Assembly (NCBI GenBank): GCA_036339465.1 | Contig: JAYZAY010000048.1 | Span: forward strand, 1-42,427 | Source of the DNA: Myxococcota bacterium | GTDB lineage: Bacteria > Myxococcota > XYA12-FULL-58-9 > JABJBS01 | Direction of reading: 5' to 3' | DNA: 42,427 nt | Shown: in pieces, positions 28,065 to 37,136 of the stretch | How the letters are laid out: each line of letters starts with the position of its first letter | How positions within the stretch are numbered: the stretch's first letter is position 1 | Position numbers and translations under genes: made by a program | The notes under the pieces: model-generated | The model's input: only the letters and a program-made list of their open reading frames with translations | What the model was told of the DNA's origin: nothing | Databases searched by the model: none

Positions 28065-28553
28065 CTAGGGTCTCAGTTCATCGAAGTCGATTTCGAGAAT
28101 TGTCAATATCTTCCGACCGTTGGGAAGTTTGATGACCACTTCATCGTCTAAGGACTTTCCCATGAGGGCTCGACCCACCGGGGAGTCGATGCTGATGAAA
28201 TTTCGTTTTGCATCGGTTTCATCGGGCCCCACAATGCGAAAGACCTTCTCTTCGCCGTCTTCGTCGTCTACTTTCACCCAGCAGGCGAAGAATACTTTTC
28301 CACAATTTTGTGGTCTTTCGGTGACCACGGTTAAATCGTCGAGGCGCTTCTTGAGGAACCTCACCCGGGAGTCGATTTCTCGCAGTCGCTTCTTGCCGTA
28401 GATATATTCTGCGTTTTCGGAGCGGTCCCCCTCGGCGGCCGCATCGGCGACTCCTTGGGTGACCCGGGGGCGTTCCACATTCCAAAGACGTTGGAGCTCG
28501 TCTTGGAGGGTTTTGGCACCCTCAGCGGTGATATAGTTGGAGCGTTTGGTCAC
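28065..28553 (-). CDS. greB: Transcription elongation factor GreB
   Basis: EGDRSENAEYIYGKKRLREID, RIVGPDE, ISIDSPVGRAL. Confidence 0.95.
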   Translation of the reverse strand: MTKRSNYITAEGAKTLQDELQRLWNVERPRVTQGVADAAAEGDRSENAEYIYGKKRLREIDSRVRFLKKRLDDLTVVTERPQNCGKVFFACWVKVDDEDGEEKVFRIVGPDETDAKRNFISIDSPVGRALMGKSLDDEVVIKLPNGRKILTILEIDFDELRP

Positions 28554-28562
28554 AGACAGAAA

Positions 28563-29225
28563 TTAGAGGTAAGAAAGAACCTTGTCCACCAGCTTATCGA
28601 TACCCTTTGAAACAGGGGCAATGGATGGTCCGAGCATATAGGCGGGTGTGGTTACGAGCTTATTGTTCTCGTCGACGACAATATCATCCACGGGGCAGTC
28701 TTGGTGCTTACCACCGAGGGTTGCTATCGCAGCGGCGGTGTCGCCGTCGTTTCCGATGGTGAGGGTGGGGTTTACTTCGGCGAGAACCTTCGCGGCAATG
28801 ACGGGAGCGATACAGATAAAACCAAGGGGCTTACCTGCGGCGTTCATGCTGCGGATGAGGTCGGAGAGTTTTTCGTCTACGGTCATGTTGGTGCCATCGA
28901 ATGCGAAGGAGCAAAGGTTTTTGGCGGCACCAAATCCACCGGGGAGAATGAGGGCATCGAGTTCGTTGGCAGAGACGTCCCCTAGGCTCTGCACGTTTCC
29001 GCGGGCGATGCGGGCAGATTCCTGAAGAACGTTACGGCTCGCGCCTTCCACTTCCGTGCAGGATTGGTGGCTGACCACATGGGCTTGGTCCTTGTTGGGG
29101 GCCATGGCGATGACTTCAACCCCGTGTCGGTCGAGGGCCAAGAGAGTCAGTGTTGCTTCGTGAATTTCCGCGCCGTCGAGGTAACCACATCCGGCGAGGA
29201 CTAGACCTACTTTTTTTGCTGTCAT
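28563..29225 (-). CDS. elbB: DJ-1/PfpI family glyoxalase ElbB
   Basis: GCGYLDGAEIHE, ESARIARG, PGGFGAAKNL, ICIAP, TTPAYM. Confidence 0.93.
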   Translation of the reverse strand: MTAKKVGLVLAGCGYLDGAEIHEATLTLLALDRHGVEVIAMAPNKDQAHVVSHQSCTEVEGASRNVLQESARIARGNVQSLGDVSANELDALILPGGFGAAKNLCSFAFDGTNMTVDEKLSDLIRSMNAAGKPLGFICIAPVIAAKVLAEVNPTLTIGNDGDTAAAIATLGGKHQDCPVDDIVVDENNKLVTTPAYMLGPSIAPVSKGIDKLVDKVLSYL

Positions 29226-29383
29226 GTCTTTTTTCCTTTGGCTGGAGAATCGTTCGGTGCGCTTCTAGCACAGGATCTCCTTAGCGCCAAATCGTTCAGT
29301 TTTTCGGCGTGGGTTTTGGTTCTCGGTTCTAGGCTCTAGGTCGTCGGTTTTGGATTTTCGGACTTTGGTCATCGGATCCGTAG

Positions 29384-29915
29384 ATGGTTGCCGACCTCGA
29401 AGAACTGGTGCTCTCCCCCCTTCTCTGGGTCCTCCTGTTCTTGGGGTCTTATGGTTTGTTTCTACATGATATTCAGCAAAGAGTCCGGTCCCCTTTTGGG
29501 CATGTATCTCTTGTCGAGATCCCAGGTCCCGAGGAGAGCCCGAGCTTCTTAAATGAGTATCTGTCGGCTATGGATGACATCCTTTTTGAGTTCTGGGCGA
29601 CCATCGACAAGTTTATTGGAGATGCCATGATGAGTCTATTGGGTACTCCAAAGGCTATGGAGAAGTCTGCCAAATCCAATAGGTAGTGAAGGGTGTCTTA
29701 ACCATGTGTCTTAACCATGTGTCTTAACCATGCAGGCTTCCATGGATGGGGCCAAAAACGATGTTGTGGTAAAAGACATCATTGAAACATTGGATATGCA
29801 GGTGAGAGTTGGGATTCATCACGGTTTGGGCAATGGTAGTGATGTGGAAGAGCAAGGTCACTTCAAACTCAAGGGTATTGAAGAGGAACAGCCCCTTTAC
29901 CGAATTGTTCCGTAA
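29384..29915 (+). pseudogene. Degraded class III adenylate/guanylate cyclase
   Basis: LNEYLSAM...TIDKFIGDAMM, then VRVGIHHG and LKGIEE in another frame. Stops, frameshifts and loss of the GD/N..SR catalytic segment. Confidence 0.85.
29693..29731 (+). repeat. Perfect tandem repeat, 3 x 13 bp (GTGTCTTAACCAT)
   Basis: Copies at 29693, 29706 and 29719. Confidence 0.97.
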
Positions 29916-29933
29916 GCGGTTTTGCGATGTCGA

Positions 29934-31514
29934 TTAAAGTGGCTCGATTTCGTGCAACTCAAGTCCCGGCGCATTTTCCAGGGCATATTGGATTGACCAG
30001 CGAGATTTTGCTAGGAGAACCGGGTTGTGATTGCGGTCTTCGTAAACCGGGTAGTCGCGACGTTCCTCTAGCCACTGGTGGGCTTGTTCGGTGCCCGTTA
30101 CCCAGCGCGCTCCATAAAAACTGTGGGCCTGGAAAACAGCTTTGACGCTGTATTCATGGATCAAGCGTTCTTTAAGGACCTCGAATTGGAGGACCCCCAC
30201 GGCGCCCAAAATGGGGTTGGTGCGCCCAAGTTTTGGACGATAGAAGAGCTGAATCACCCCTTCATGGGCCAGTTGTTCCAGGCCCGTATCCAGGGCCTTG
30301 CGCTTGAGGGGATCCTTGAGGATTAATTCTCCGAAGTGGGCGGGAGCGAATCTTGGTATGCTGCCGTATTGTAGTGCTTTCCCCGCGGCGAGGGTATCGC
30401 CAATTCGCAATTTACCGGGGTCGTAAAGGCCCACGATATCCCCGGGCCAGGCTTCTTCCACGATGGAACGTTCTGCCGCGAGAAAGGAATGAGGTTTTGA
30501 AAGTCGGAGCTTTTCTTGGTTCCGACCGATGACCACGTCGATTCCCCGTTCGAATCTGCCACTGACCACCCGCATAAAGGCGATTCGGTCCCGGTGCTTG
30601 GGATTCATATTGGCCTGAATTTTAAAAATGAAACCGGTAAATTTGTTGTGGTCGGGTTTGATGAGTTCGTCTTCGGTGGTGGTTCGAGGTTTGGGAGAGC
30701 TGGCCTTGTCTGCCAGAAAGTTTAGGAGGGGTTCAATGCCAAAATTGGTCATGGCCGAACCCCAGAAGATGGGGCTGAGTTCTCCCCGTTGAAACGCTTC
30801 TTCTTCAAAGGGTTCTCCTGCTCCCTCTATAAGCTCCATATCTTCCTGAAGTTTTTCCCATTCTCGGTCACTGAGCTGGGCTTGGGCTTCCTCCAGGGGG
30901 ATGGTTTCCACCTTGGAGATGTCGGTCCCATGCTTTTCGGCTTTGTAGAGGGTGACTTCTTTGTTGAGTAAATTGACCACCCCCCTAAATTCTTTTCCCA
31001 TACCGATGGGCCAGTTGATGGGAGAGACCTGGAGGTTGAGGGTGCTTGAAACTTCGTCGATGAGTTCGAGGGGGTCCACACCGGCACGATCCAACTTATT
31101 CATGAAGGTAACGATGGGAAGATTTCGCATCCGACAAACGTCGAAGAGTTTGAGGGTTCGGCTCTCCACCCCTTTGGCATGGTCGATGAGCATGATGGCC
31201 GAATCGACTGCGGCCAGGGTGCGGTAGGTATCTTCTGAGAAGTCGGCGTGGCCGGGGGTGTCTAAGAGGTTGCAGGCTTTTTCGCGATACTCGAATTGGA
31301 GAACCGACGAAGTTACCGAGATTCCCCGTTCTTGCTCAAGTTTCATCCAGTCTGACACCGTATGTCTGGAAGCCTTTCGGGATTTGATAGAGCCCGCCAT
31401 GTGAATGGCCCCCGAGTATAGGAGGAGTTTTTCGGTGAGGGTTGTTTTCCCTGCGTCAGGGTGAGAAATGATGGCGAATGTCCGCCGACGTTTCGCTTCA
31501 ACATCCAAGCTCAT
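29934..31514 (-). CDS. prfC: Peptide chain release factor 3
   Basis: RRTFAIISHPDAGKTTLTEKLLL, DTPGHADFSEDTYR, NKLDR, FKIQANMNPKHRDR. Confidence 0.97.
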   Translation of the reverse strand: MSLDVEAKRRRTFAIISHPDAGKTTLTEKLLLYSGAIHMAGSIKSRKASRHTVSDWMKLEQERGISVTSSVLQFEYREKACNLLDTPGHADFSEDTYRTLAAVDSAIMLIDHAKGVESRTLKLFDVCRMRNLPIVTFMNKLDRAGVDPLELIDEVSSTLNLQVSPINWPIGMGKEFRGVVNLLNKEVTLYKAEKHGTDISKVETIPLEEAQAQLSDREWEKLQEDMELIEGAGEPFEEEAFQRGELSPIFWGSAMTNFGIEPLLNFLADKASSPKPRTTTEDELIKPDHNKFTGFIFKIQANMNPKHRDRIAFMRVVSGRFERGIDVVIGRNQEKLRLSKPHSFLAAERSIVEEAWPGDIVGLYDPGKLRIGDTLAAGKALQYGSIPRFAPAHFGELILKDPLKRKALDTGLEQLAHEGVIQLFYRPKLGRTNPILGAVGVLQFEVLKERLIHEYSVKAVFQAHSFYGARWVTGTEQAHQWLEERRDYPVYEDRNHNPVLLAKSRWSIQYALENAPGLELHEIEPL

Positions 31515-31683
31515 GGGGTTCCTCCGGGGGGCTTCAAGCTACGCATTACAGGAATTTAAGGGCCGGCAATGATTTCAGCTTGGCCTCTATATCGAATTTT
31601 AGTGCTACGACTAGGGGCCAAAGAGTCTTTTTTATATGGGTTTGGGCTTGCTCCTTTCCCTTATCTGGCTAGATTGCGTCGTT

Positions 31684-33273
31684 ATGGATGCTCGAATTGT
31701 CGCTTTGGTGAACCTTGCCACCTTGAAACCCAAGAGTCCCGGACGTTTGCTGGCATTGGCCGACGATTCGGCAACATTTTCCGTGGGGGATGGATTGGTA
31801 TTCATGACTGGAATACCTTCTGAGCTCCCGTTGGTGTTGAGTCTTGAAACCTTTGAAGAAAAATTGATGCGAGATGCCACCATGCCCCTGACGGTGGTGG
31901 TGCTTGGCAACGAAGGTTTGGATGATGTAGGACGGTCTGAGTTGGAGACATGGTGTGGCCGGGATGGAATTCGCCGATCGGTTATCTGGTTGGCTACCAC
32001 TGATAATTACGAGCTTCTTGGTGAGTCGCGTTTGGCCAAGGCACTCTTACCCTATGTTTCTGAGCTTTCCTCAGCTGAAATTCCTGCCCCTATGATTTTT
32101 ATGGAGCGGGTCAAGGAGGTGCTTGGCCAACAGGAACGGGAGCGGATCGAGTTACGGGCCTTCCAGGATCATCTATCGAAACGCAAACCGATGGTGACCT
32201 ATGGGTTAATGGGATGCATCTTGGTGGTGTTTGGATTGGAATATTGGTGGTCGGGTGGAACCACCGATGCTTACATACCGACTTTGATCCGCATGGGAGG
32301 CAACCAGGGGGGACTTGGTTTGTTGGATGAGCCATGGAGGCTACTAAGCGCGGCGTTTCTGCATGCGGGTACCCAACATTTGTTGTTCAATGGCTTTGTC
32401 CTGTGGGGTTTGGGCAGATTTCTTGAACCGTTACTGGGACATTTCCTCTATCTTGCGCTCTTTCTTGTAAGTGCATTGACAGGGAGTGTTTTTTCTCAAC
32501 TTTTTTCCCAAAGTGCGGTCGCGGTGGGGGCTTCTGCTGGGATTTGGGGGTATTTAGCGGCGTGTGCGGTGCTGGCATTTAGGCCCGAGGGTATCCTGCC
32601 CAAGTCTTTGGTTGCAGGGATGAGGAAAACCGCGCTCTTTAATCTGGGGTTGAATATCTTTGTTTCCTTTTTACCCATGGTAGATATTGCAGGTCACCTT
32701 GGAGGGGGGATCGGTGGTGGTCTATTTACCTTATCTTTGGTGGAGTTCTCTCGGCGCAAATTCTACCGTGGTCTTTGGATGGGGCGGGCCACAGGGGTTG
32801 TTTTGGCAGTGGTCGCAGTGGTGGGGATGACCGTTGGCTGGAGACAGAGCCAACCGTGGCTTCTCCGGGAGGCGTGGACTTATGTCCCTTCCCAGGTCGC
32901 TGAGTCTAACGTGACCATCCTAGTCCCGAGTCATTGGTCTCTCAGTAAGCGAGATTTAAGCGAAGGGGAACTCAAACTTGCGGAGTTTGGCGACCTGCTG
33001 GACTGGGGACAGGTGTTGGTGGTCCATCGGTTGGAGCCTAATCAACCCGGTTATTGGGAGCCTCCTTTTGATCAAGGAAAAGAAATCGTTTTGGGGTCTT
33101 GGCCCTGCCGTAAAGTTGAAGCAGAGAAACAAAAGGCTGTGGTGATTGAGCGTTTTCTTTGTAACGGTGGAGGGGACCGCCTGTATATGGAGTATGGATC
33201 TTTCGAGCAAAAGGGGGAGGACCTAACCATGCTGGACTTACAACGGGTGATGGAAGGTCACGGTAGCTTTTGA
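31684..33273 (+). CDS. Rhomboid family intramembrane serine protease with extra N- and C-terminal domains
   Basis: WRLLSAAFLH, HLLFN, catalytic GASAG and GHLGG. Start could alternatively be 31636. Confidence 0.88.
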   Translation: MDARIVALVNLATLKPKSPGRLLALADDSATFSVGDGLVFMTGIPSELPLVLSLETFEEKLMRDATMPLTVVVLGNEGLDDVGRSELETWCGRDGIRRSVIWLATTDNYELLGESRLAKALLPYVSELSSAEIPAPMIFMERVKEVLGQQERERIELRAFQDHLSKRKPMVTYGLMGCILVVFGLEYWWSGGTTDAYIPTLIRMGGNQGGLGLLDEPWRLLSAAFLHAGTQHLLFNGFVLWGLGRFLEPLLGHFLYLALFLVSALTGSVFSQLFSQSAVAVGASAGIWGYLAACAVLAFRPEGILPKSLVAGMRKTALFNLGLNIFVSFLPMVDIAGHLGGGIGGGLFTLSLVEFSRRKFYRGLWMGRATGVVLAVVAVVGMTVGWRQSQPWLLREAWTYVPSQVAESNVTILVPSHWSLSKRDLSEGELKLAEFGDLLDWGQVLVVHRLEPNQPGYWEPPFDQGKEIVLGSWPCRKVEAEKQKAVVIERFLCNGGGDRLYMEYGSFEQKGEDLTMLDLQRVMEGHGSF

Positions 33274-33293
33274 TGGTCTTTTAGGCAAATCCC

Positions 33294-33321
33294 TTGCTTT
33301 TGACACTAAACAAAATAGAAT
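33294..33321 (+). promoter_or_regulatory. Candidate sigma70 promoter for add
   Basis: TTGCTT-16 nt-TAGAAT, followed by the hairpin CCCCTGC-TAA-GCAGGGG (33322-33338). Confidence 0.4.
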
Positions 33322-33392
33322 CCCCTGCTAAGCAGGGGGGAAGGAAACAGTATTCTGCTTCGATTGCTTGTGGAAAGGCTTAGTGGTCTCCG

Positions 33393-34649
33393 ATGAAAGA
33401 AAATGACCTTCTAAAACATCCTGATGTGGAAAAATTTGTTGCTGCATTACCTAAAACGGATTTGCATGTTCACCTAGACGGTTCTTTGCGAATAGGTACT
33501 TTGATCGAGTTGGCAAAAGAGTACAGTGTTGGTTTGCCCAGTTATACCGAGTCCGGTTTGCGAGAGACAGTCTTTAAGGATCGCTACAACAATCTTGGAG
33601 AATACCTAACGGGTTTTGGGTATACCTGTGGGGTGATGCAAAGTGAACTTGCGCTTGAGCGGATTGCCTACGAGCTTGCGATTGATAACCAGAACGAAGG
33701 CGTGAGGTATCTTGAGGTTCGTTTTGCGCCCCAGCTTCATATTCATAAGCATATGAATGCGGTGATGGTACTTCGTGCCGTAGCCCGTGGATTAGAAAAG
33801 GCGAAGAATGAGTTCAATGCGCGCCCTGAAGTAAAATCGGGTGAAGAGCCCTCTTTTGAAGCGGGTATTATTTGTTCGGCGTTGAGAATGTTTCAAAGTG
33901 TTTTTAGTGAGTATTATGGGAGTTTGATCGGTTCCCACATGTATTCGCCGATGAAAGAAGTCTATAAATTGGGTTCTCTTGAGTTGGCTCGGGCTGCGAT
34001 CGTGGCCAGGGATGATTATGGATTGCCGGTGGTTGGTTTTGACCTTGCGGGAGAAGAAGCGGGGTATCCTGCTGACGATCATATTGAAGCCTTCCGGTTG
34101 GCTAAGAAGAACTTTTTGAAGAAAACGGTTCATGCTGGTGAGGCTTATGGGCCGGAGAGTATTTTTCAAGCGGTTACGGACCTTTATGCCGATCGAATCG
34201 GACATGGCACCTATCTTCTGGAGCCAGGAGCAATTCAGGATCCGTCCATCGATGACAAGCAGTGTTATGTCGATCACCTCGGAGAATATGTGGCGGACCG
34301 TCGGATTACCTTGGAAGTCTGTCTGACCAGTAACCTTCAAACGAATCCGGCGATGCATTCTTTATCGGAACACTCCTTCAAAAAATTTAGGGAAAATCGG
34401 ATTTCAGCGACCCTGTGTACGGACAACCGTTTGGTCAGCAATACCACGGTTTCAAAAGAAATTATGTTGGCAATTAACGAATTAGGGTTGGATCGAAAAG
34501 GACTAAAGTCGACGATTGTCTACGGTTTCAAGCGGAGCTTCTTTCCGGGAACCTACCAATCGAAACGGAACTATGTCCGGCAAGTCATCGATTATTATGA
34601 ATCAATCGAGCAACAATATTTTGGTGATGTGGCGAGTACGAAGAGTTGA
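33393..34649 (+). CDS. add: Adenosine deaminase family protein
   Basis: DLHVHLDGS, YLEVRFAP, FDLAGEE, TVHAGE, RIGHG, EVCLTSN, CTDN. Confidence 0.92.
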   Translation: MKENDLLKHPDVEKFVAALPKTDLHVHLDGSLRIGTLIELAKEYSVGLPSYTESGLRETVFKDRYNNLGEYLTGFGYTCGVMQSELALERIAYELAIDNQNEGVRYLEVRFAPQLHIHKHMNAVMVLRAVARGLEKAKNEFNARPEVKSGEEPSFEAGIICSALRMFQSVFSEYYGSLIGSHMYSPMKEVYKLGSLELARAAIVARDDYGLPVVGFDLAGEEAGYPADDHIEAFRLAKKNFLKKTVHAGEAYGPESIFQAVTDLYADRIGHGTYLLEPGAIQDPSIDDKQCYVDHLGEYVADRRITLEVCLTSNLQTNPAMHSLSEHSFKKFRENRISATLCTDNRLVSNTTVSKEIMLAINELGLDRKGLKSTIVYGFKRSFFPGTYQSKRNYVRQVIDYYESIEQQYFGDVASTKS

Positions 34650-34685
34650 GAGAGAATCAAGCTTGACTTCACTGCGGTAAGCCTC

Positions 34686-34713
34686 TTGACAACGATATTG
34701 GCTGTGGTAAACC
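34686..34713 (+). promoter_or_regulatory. Sigma70 promoter of tRNA-Gly
   Basis: TTGACA-16 nt-TAAACC with an extended TG and a GC-rich discriminator. Confidence 0.6.
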
Positions 34714-34726
34714 CGCAGCGCTCTGA

Positions 34727-34801
<75 letters not shown>

Positions 34802-34811
34802 TCGAACGAAT

Positions 34812-34851
34812 AAAACGCCGGGGTTTCTAATAGTAACCTCGGCGTTTTTTT
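34812..34851 (+). terminator. Rho-independent terminator after tRNA-Gly
   Basis: AAAACGCCGGGGTT...AACCTCGGCGTTTTTTT hairpin with a U tract. Confidence 0.9.
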
Positions 34852-34914
34852 GTGCTTTTTTCGAAGTGCTGTTGCTATTGCTTAGCTGGATGTACCGTCG
34901 TAGCATCTACGTAT

Positions 34915-36039
34915 ATGAGTATTAAAGGTACGGGGTCCCCACCTTCGGATCCCAGGACATTCATAGAATCTGACGAGCCCAAGATTGAGGAATCGACAAA
35001 ATCAACGGACGTTCCTCCCAAGGGGTTGGAAGGAACCCAAGACTCTTTAGACACGACGGGTGGTTTGGGTCGTCGTGTTTTAGCGGAGGCTAGCCAACCG
35101 AAGACTGACGGAATGAAGACTGCGGGGCCTGAATTTTCCAGAGAGATTCAGGTTTTAAAGAAGAAGTTGATGAGTCCCACGAAGGATCGTGTGCATTTAT
35201 TGGCTGAATGTATGAGCTTGTTGAGGGGGTATAGGGTTCGTCGTCAGCGATCTGGTTGCACGTTGGCATTGGGATTGGCCGAGAAGCTCAGTGAAGAATT
35301 GAATGAAGCGGAGAGCAAAGAGGTGGAGGATTTACGCGCTTCACTTAAGGGGGAGCTTGATTTATGGAAGATGACCGAATCAGCGACCCAGAAAGCGTGT
35401 TTCGAGTTAATTCGTTTTATCGAAGAGCGCCCCGAGGATTCCCACGAAGCTCGATTGGTTTTGGGGCGAGCCTGGTTTCTCTTGGCATCCCATTTTCCCC
35501 GTGGGTGCTCAGAATGGGACCTGGCCCCAGAAGAAGGCCTGGTGGTGGCCATGGGATTGGCTGAGGAAAGCCTGGAAGCAGTGCCCACCGACGCGTCAGC
35601 GAATACCCTCATGGGGCGTTTGATTTTATCCCATCCCGATTCGGACTTAGGGCTTGCCATAGAGTTTTTTCAACGTGCTCTAGGAAGTGACTCTGAATAT
35701 GATCCTGCGGAAGTCGCTTTGGCTTGGGTTGATATACAGAAAAACTCGCTGAAATCCGCCCATGGTCGCCTTCAGCGAGTTTTGGCGCGGGAGAATCAGT
35801 CCCCAGGATTCTACCATGTTTGGTCGCAATATCATCTGGCTGTGAATCAATATGATGATGCCTATGTATGGATTGAGCGCGCGGTAAGGGGGGCTCCTCA
35901 AAGCGGGATATATTACTTGGAAAAGGCCGTAATAGCAGGCCGATTGGGCCGGAAAGGCGAAGCAGAATCTGCCTTTGAAAGAGCGAAGGAGCTACTAGGG
36001 GATACGTACTTTTTTAAGTACCAACAGGGTTTTTCCTAG
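34915..36039 (+). CDS. TPR-repeat protein with a low-complexity N-terminus
   Basis: C-terminal TPR-like helices (AIEFFQRALGSD, AYVWIERAVRGAP, AESAFERAKEL). ATG 34915 preferred over the ORF-track start. Confidence 0.75.
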   Translation: MSIKGTGSPPSDPRTFIESDEPKIEESTKSTDVPPKGLEGTQDSLDTTGGLGRRVLAEASQPKTDGMKTAGPEFSREIQVLKKKLMSPTKDRVHLLAECMSLLRGYRVRRQRSGCTLALGLAEKLSEELNEAESKEVEDLRASLKGELDLWKMTESATQKACFELIRFIEERPEDSHEARLVLGRAWFLLASHFPRGCSEWDLAPEEGLVVAMGLAEESLEAVPTDASANTLMGRLILSHPDSDLGLAIEFFQRALGSDSEYDPAEVALAWVDIQKNSLKSAHGRLQRVLARENQSPGFYHVWSQYHLAVNQYDDAYVWIERAVRGAPQSGIYYLEKAVIAGRLGRKGEAESAFERAKELLGDTYFFKYQQGFS

Positions 36040-36084
36040 GCCAGTGCTGGTTCTTCCTGCATATTGGCGATATAACTCCCAGTC

Positions 36085-37059
36085 ATGAAATACATCCACT
36101 TTATATCGATTGTTTTATTCGTTTGTTCTCTCTGGAATTGTAAGTCTCAATCGACAGATAAGACTGAAACTACAGCGAAGGTCGATTCTTCAACCGCAAC
36201 GAAAGATGCGGTACAGCCGACCAATCCAGCTGCGCCTCAGAAACCAGCTGCGCTTCCGGCGCCCGAAGATGTCGCTGCGGCTCCGGCGGATGCGGTTACG
36301 TCTGAGTCCGGTTTGGCTTCGAAGGTTCTGACGGCAGGAACCGGTACAGAAAAGCCAGGGCCCAAGGATACAGTAGAGGTTCACTACACCGGCTGGAGTA
36401 CCGATGGAAAAATGTTTGATAGTTCGGTGACGCGAGGTCGGCCGGCCAAGTTTCCTCTAAATCGAGTGATCAAGGGTTGGACTGAAGGGTTACAGCTAAT
36501 GGTTGTAGGTGAGAAGCGGAGGTTTTGGATCCCGGGAGCGCTCGCTTATGGTGATACCCCGAGACGTTCCGGTGCGCCCGCAGGAACTTTGGTTTTCGAT
36601 GTCGAACTTCTAAGCATAACACCGGCCCCGAAGCCGATACCTGCTCCTGCTAATGTTGCTCTTGTCCCAGCTGATGCCAAAAAGACTACAAGCGGTTTGG
36701 CCTATCAAGTGATTCAGACTGGGAGTGGTAAGGAGCATCCTTTGGCAACGGACCGGGTTAAGGTACATTACACAGGCTGGACCACCGATGGGAAAATGTT
36801 CGATAGCTCCGTCATGCGTGGGCAGCCTGCGGTATTTCCTTTGAATGGTGTCATTAAGGGCTGGACCGAAGGGGTTCAGCTTATGGTTACTGGCGAAAAA
36901 ACAAGATTTTGGATTCCTGGAGCTTTGGCTTATGGAGAAACTCCGAAGCGTCCCGGTGCACCAGCTGGCACGCTTGTTTTCGACGTTGAACTACTCGAAG
37001 TGATGAAGGTTCAACCTTCAATTCAACCAGTTCAAGCTAAGCCCCTAGATAAAAAGTAG
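36085..37059 (+). CDS. FKBP-type peptidyl-prolyl isomerase lipoprotein with two tandem FKBP domains
   Basis: Signal peptide ending LWN-C; two copies of VHYTGW.TDGKMFDSS...VIKGWTEG.QLM...LVFDVELL. Confidence 0.95.
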   Translation: MKYIHFISIVLFVCSLWNCKSQSTDKTETTAKVDSSTATKDAVQPTNPAAPQKPAALPAPEDVAAAPADAVTSESGLASKVLTAGTGTEKPGPKDTVEVHYTGWSTDGKMFDSSVTRGRPAKFPLNRVIKGWTEGLQLMVVGEKRRFWIPGALAYGDTPRRSGAPAGTLVFDVELLSITPAPKPIPAPANVALVPADAKKTTSGLAYQVIQTGSGKEHPLATDRVKVHYTGWTTDGKMFDSSVMRGQPAVFPLNGVIKGWTEGVQLMVTGEKTRFWIPGALAYGETPKRPGAPAGTLVFDVELLEVMKVQPSIQPVQAKPLDKK

Positions 37060-37136
37060 AATTTTGTTTTTGAACCTCCTCTTTTTGGGGATCGTTCGAC
37101 ACGATTGCGTCGATCTGATAACGTCTCCTAGGTATC

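Noticed and set aside
29693..29731. Phase-variation switch or mini-CRISPR
   Set aside because: There are no spacers, and other lesions inactivate the gene irrespective of repeat number.
36260..37000. Internal duplication in the FKBP gene
   Set aside because: Tandem FKBP domains are a known architecture and the copies are diverged at synonymous sites.
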